A DNA stretch of 64,000 bases, from NCBI GenBank assembly GCA_002269645.1, contig NIVC01000438.1:597379-661378 (forward strand), in the 5' to 3' direction. Below, in pieces: positions 61,439 to 64,000 of this stretch. The notes under the pieces are model-generated. The model worked only from the letters and a program-made list of their open reading frames with translations, was not told the origin of the DNA and made no database searches. The stretch is from Macrostomum lignano (Eukaryota). Made by a program: the position numbers and the translations under genes. The first letter of the stretch is position 1. The number at the start of each line of letters is the position of its first letter.

Positions 61439-63977
61439 TAGCGTTTCATTGGGTTAACAGTGTACTTCCAAAATGAGGACAACCGGTTTTCAGAAGATAC
61501 TTTTTATCAATATTTTCAGAGTCTGCATCCTAGTGATTCTATTTAGCTACGTGCTCGATGGGGTATTGGTCCCACTGCCAATTTTGAGTCAGAGACGAAT
61601 AAGATGCAGCGGCTTCGCTTTGTTCAAATCATTTCCGGTGAGAAAATGTTTTTTAACTTTCAAATGGGGTCACTTGTACAAAAAATACAGTCAGTAAAAG
61701 TACTGTATATATTAAAACTAAGGATAATATTAGTTTGTATTCAATTTCAGCGAATGGAATCGTTTAAGACAGGCTGGTAACGCGTTGAACAACACTGTGT
61801 TGAAAAGTTGAAGTTGAATCTGTATTTCCAATAAAACAAACAAATACATGAGACAGGCAACAATAGAATTTTCTGAGCTGGTTCAGCTACCGGAAATCTC
61901 CTATCCAGCATTTCCCCTCCAGCTTCAGACTCGAATCACCGGTGGGGAAACGCTGGAGGGGAAATGCCAGAGGGACCCCTATGGACACATTGATGTCTGG
62001 TAACAATTAGCGCTAAGGTAATTACATGTATGCCCATTCCACCGACTTCTCAGCACTTACAAGCGCATGAATGCTTTACACAGGCACGCACTCATACACA
62101 AGCTCACGCAGAGTGTACAGCCGTCCTGACTCTCTAATCGTCAGACATGTACACTCTCTGTGTCTTGGGGATCGGTCCACATGGCCGTGTATCGCACAAC
62201 AACCACCGACCAGTTTTCATGCACAAGCCCGTCATAAACTTTACCTCCCAGGAAGAACTAGCTTGAAAAAACCTCTAATTTTATGGATAGGTGCTGCTAT
62301 CGGTCGGCATTGCCTGGGCATTGTGCGCCATCCTGACAGTCGCTGGTGCGTTTCCCAGCGACCCGGGAGCGTGGAGCTACGCTGCTCGGACGGACATTGG
62401 ATCGCGGGCCTTTACCGAGGCGGCTTGGTTCCGCCTGCCCTATCCTGGCCAGTTCGGCGAGCCACGAATTCTCGCCGTCGGCATTCTCGGCATGACGGCC
62501 GGCGTCATCGTGTCCGTGGTGGAGAGCATCGGCGACTACGTGGCTGCGGCCCGGCTCTCAGGGGCGCCTCGACCACCTGCGCACGCCATCAATCGAGGTA
62601 ATCAATGCAGCTGCATGGCTTCTTATGCACTGCGATAGGGGAGGTCCTGTTGTCTAATTTGTCATACCCCACAGAACACGCAAGCCTGAGGATAAGTACA
62701 TAGGCGGTTAAACATTTAGAACAAATGTATTTTCTTCAAAGATTTCTTGCATAATGCACCGCATCCAATGGGTTTTCAAGCAAAATTAGACCCTCAAAAT
62801 TTACTATAATATTTTTAACTACCGCGGTACCTGAGTTTTAGGTGTGCAATGATCCTTGCTTTTAAAAGAGGTTTGTGGTAGTCGTGTCTTAGTAGTGACT
62901 CCAAAGTAGCAGTTTTCTTATCGCTATCTACCTTTGCTACCTCTGCCCCGACAAGTGCGATGTAAATACATTCATCCACATTTATAACTGTAATAACTTC
63001 TCACTTGGGCATGGCCATAGACTATAAAAACGGTCTCTGGCACACGTGCATACCTAGATAAGTTTCTGTAGTCTATGGCTGGGTCCAAATGTTTTATTTA
63101 TTGAGGCCGCGAACAGCTGAGGACACGTTTATGGGCCGAATCGAAACAGTTACATATAAATCAAATGAACACTAGCAGTAGAAAGTTTGATAATTTTCCT
63201 ATATTTTTTTAGTTCATCAGCCCAAAGTTGTAAATACTCACAAGTAGCATTAACTTCACTTTTATTTTGTTCCTTCTTGAATCAAGAATATTTGTAATAA
63301 AAATGTTGCATGCAGGTTGAAATGCAGACAATTTTTACCAATACCATTTTTCATATAGTTGTTGACCTTGTGTTTAGAAAGCTATCGATTTTTAAGCCAG
63401 GCCTGGCTTAAGGTTAGAGCATTGCTAGTCACAAAACAAAAATAACTCTAACCATTTTACTAGGCGTCTACAGTCTATAATTATTATTATTCTCAATACT
63501 ATATATTGCAAACTTGAATCAGACTTACAGAAGACTTATCACCACAATCTGACCACATCAAAGGCGTCATCATGGAGGGCGTAGCCTGCATCCTATCTGG
63601 CCTGTTCGGCGTGCCCACCGGCAGCACCTCCTACAGCGAGAACATTGGCGCCATAGGAATCACCAGAGTAGGCAGCCGTCGGGTCATCATGTTCTCTGCC
63701 GTTATTATGCTATTCTTTGGCATTAGCCCTAAATCTGGAGCAGTCTTTGTGTCCCTGCCGCAGCCGGTAGTCGGCGGTCTGTTCCTGGCCATGTTCGGCA
63801 TGGTAGCGGGGGTCGGCCTGTCAAGCCTACAGTACGCCAACATGAATAACCAGCGCAATGTGTTCGTGGTTGGCTACTCAATCATTCTCGGCCTGGCGCT
63901 GCCTCACTGGCTGCGAAGCCCGTCGAGAAGTGGCGGCATGACCAATGATCAGGCCATGCTGGTTGGCAAGGAGGGCG
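59336..63977 (+). CDS. SLC23/NAT nucleobase transporter, copy B (3' end beyond the window); exons 59336-59404 (probable), 60489-61135, 61520-61637, 62291-62597, 63564-63977
   Basis: Same motifs and intron positions as copy A, including [18 protein letters not shown]. The first exon [23 protein letters not shown]|GTAGGT joins in phase 0 to ttgcag|AAT. The acceptor at 63563 is weak (aag). Confidence 0.88.
61195..61439 (+). repeat. (GACA)n/(CACA) microsatellite in an SLC23-B intron
   Basis: Visible directly. Confidence 0.95.
62030..62200 (-). mobile_element. Partial second copy of the SINE-like repeat at 2165-2485
   Basis: Shared blocks in the same order; tRNA-like head not seen. Confidence 0.5.
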
Positions 63978-64000
63978 GTAAGCACTACGAATGTTCAGCC

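Overview
Eukaryotic (metazoan) genomic DNA with GT-AG introns, GC-rich exons and introns filled with micro/minisatellites. The style suggests an invertebrate such as a free-living flatworm, which is inference only. Minus-strand host genes: the terminal exon of a PCYT1-like cytidylyltransferase, an HR96/NR1J-type nuclear receptor (5 coding exons, 3562-20651), an ankyrin-repeat DHHC palmitoyltransferase (22742-27715) and AP3D1 (31507-36341). Plus-strand host genes: two tandem SLC23 nucleobase transporters (about 53.3-57.0 kb, and 59.3 kb to the window end). The 13.8-kb receptor intron holds Penelope, hAT, P/THAP9 and piggyBac relics, plus a CACTG-ended CACTA element nested inside the P element. 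The standout is a full-length Ty3/Gypsy LTR retrotransposon (39679-48100) with 790-bp LTRs, a GTTA target-site duplication, a tRNA-His PBS and a GGGAAAC -1 frameshift pseudoknot. In the env position it carries a third ORF starting with a DnaJ/J-domain with an intact HPD motif. The ORF track missed this domain because of one in-frame TAG. All calls were made by eye and no database searches were run.
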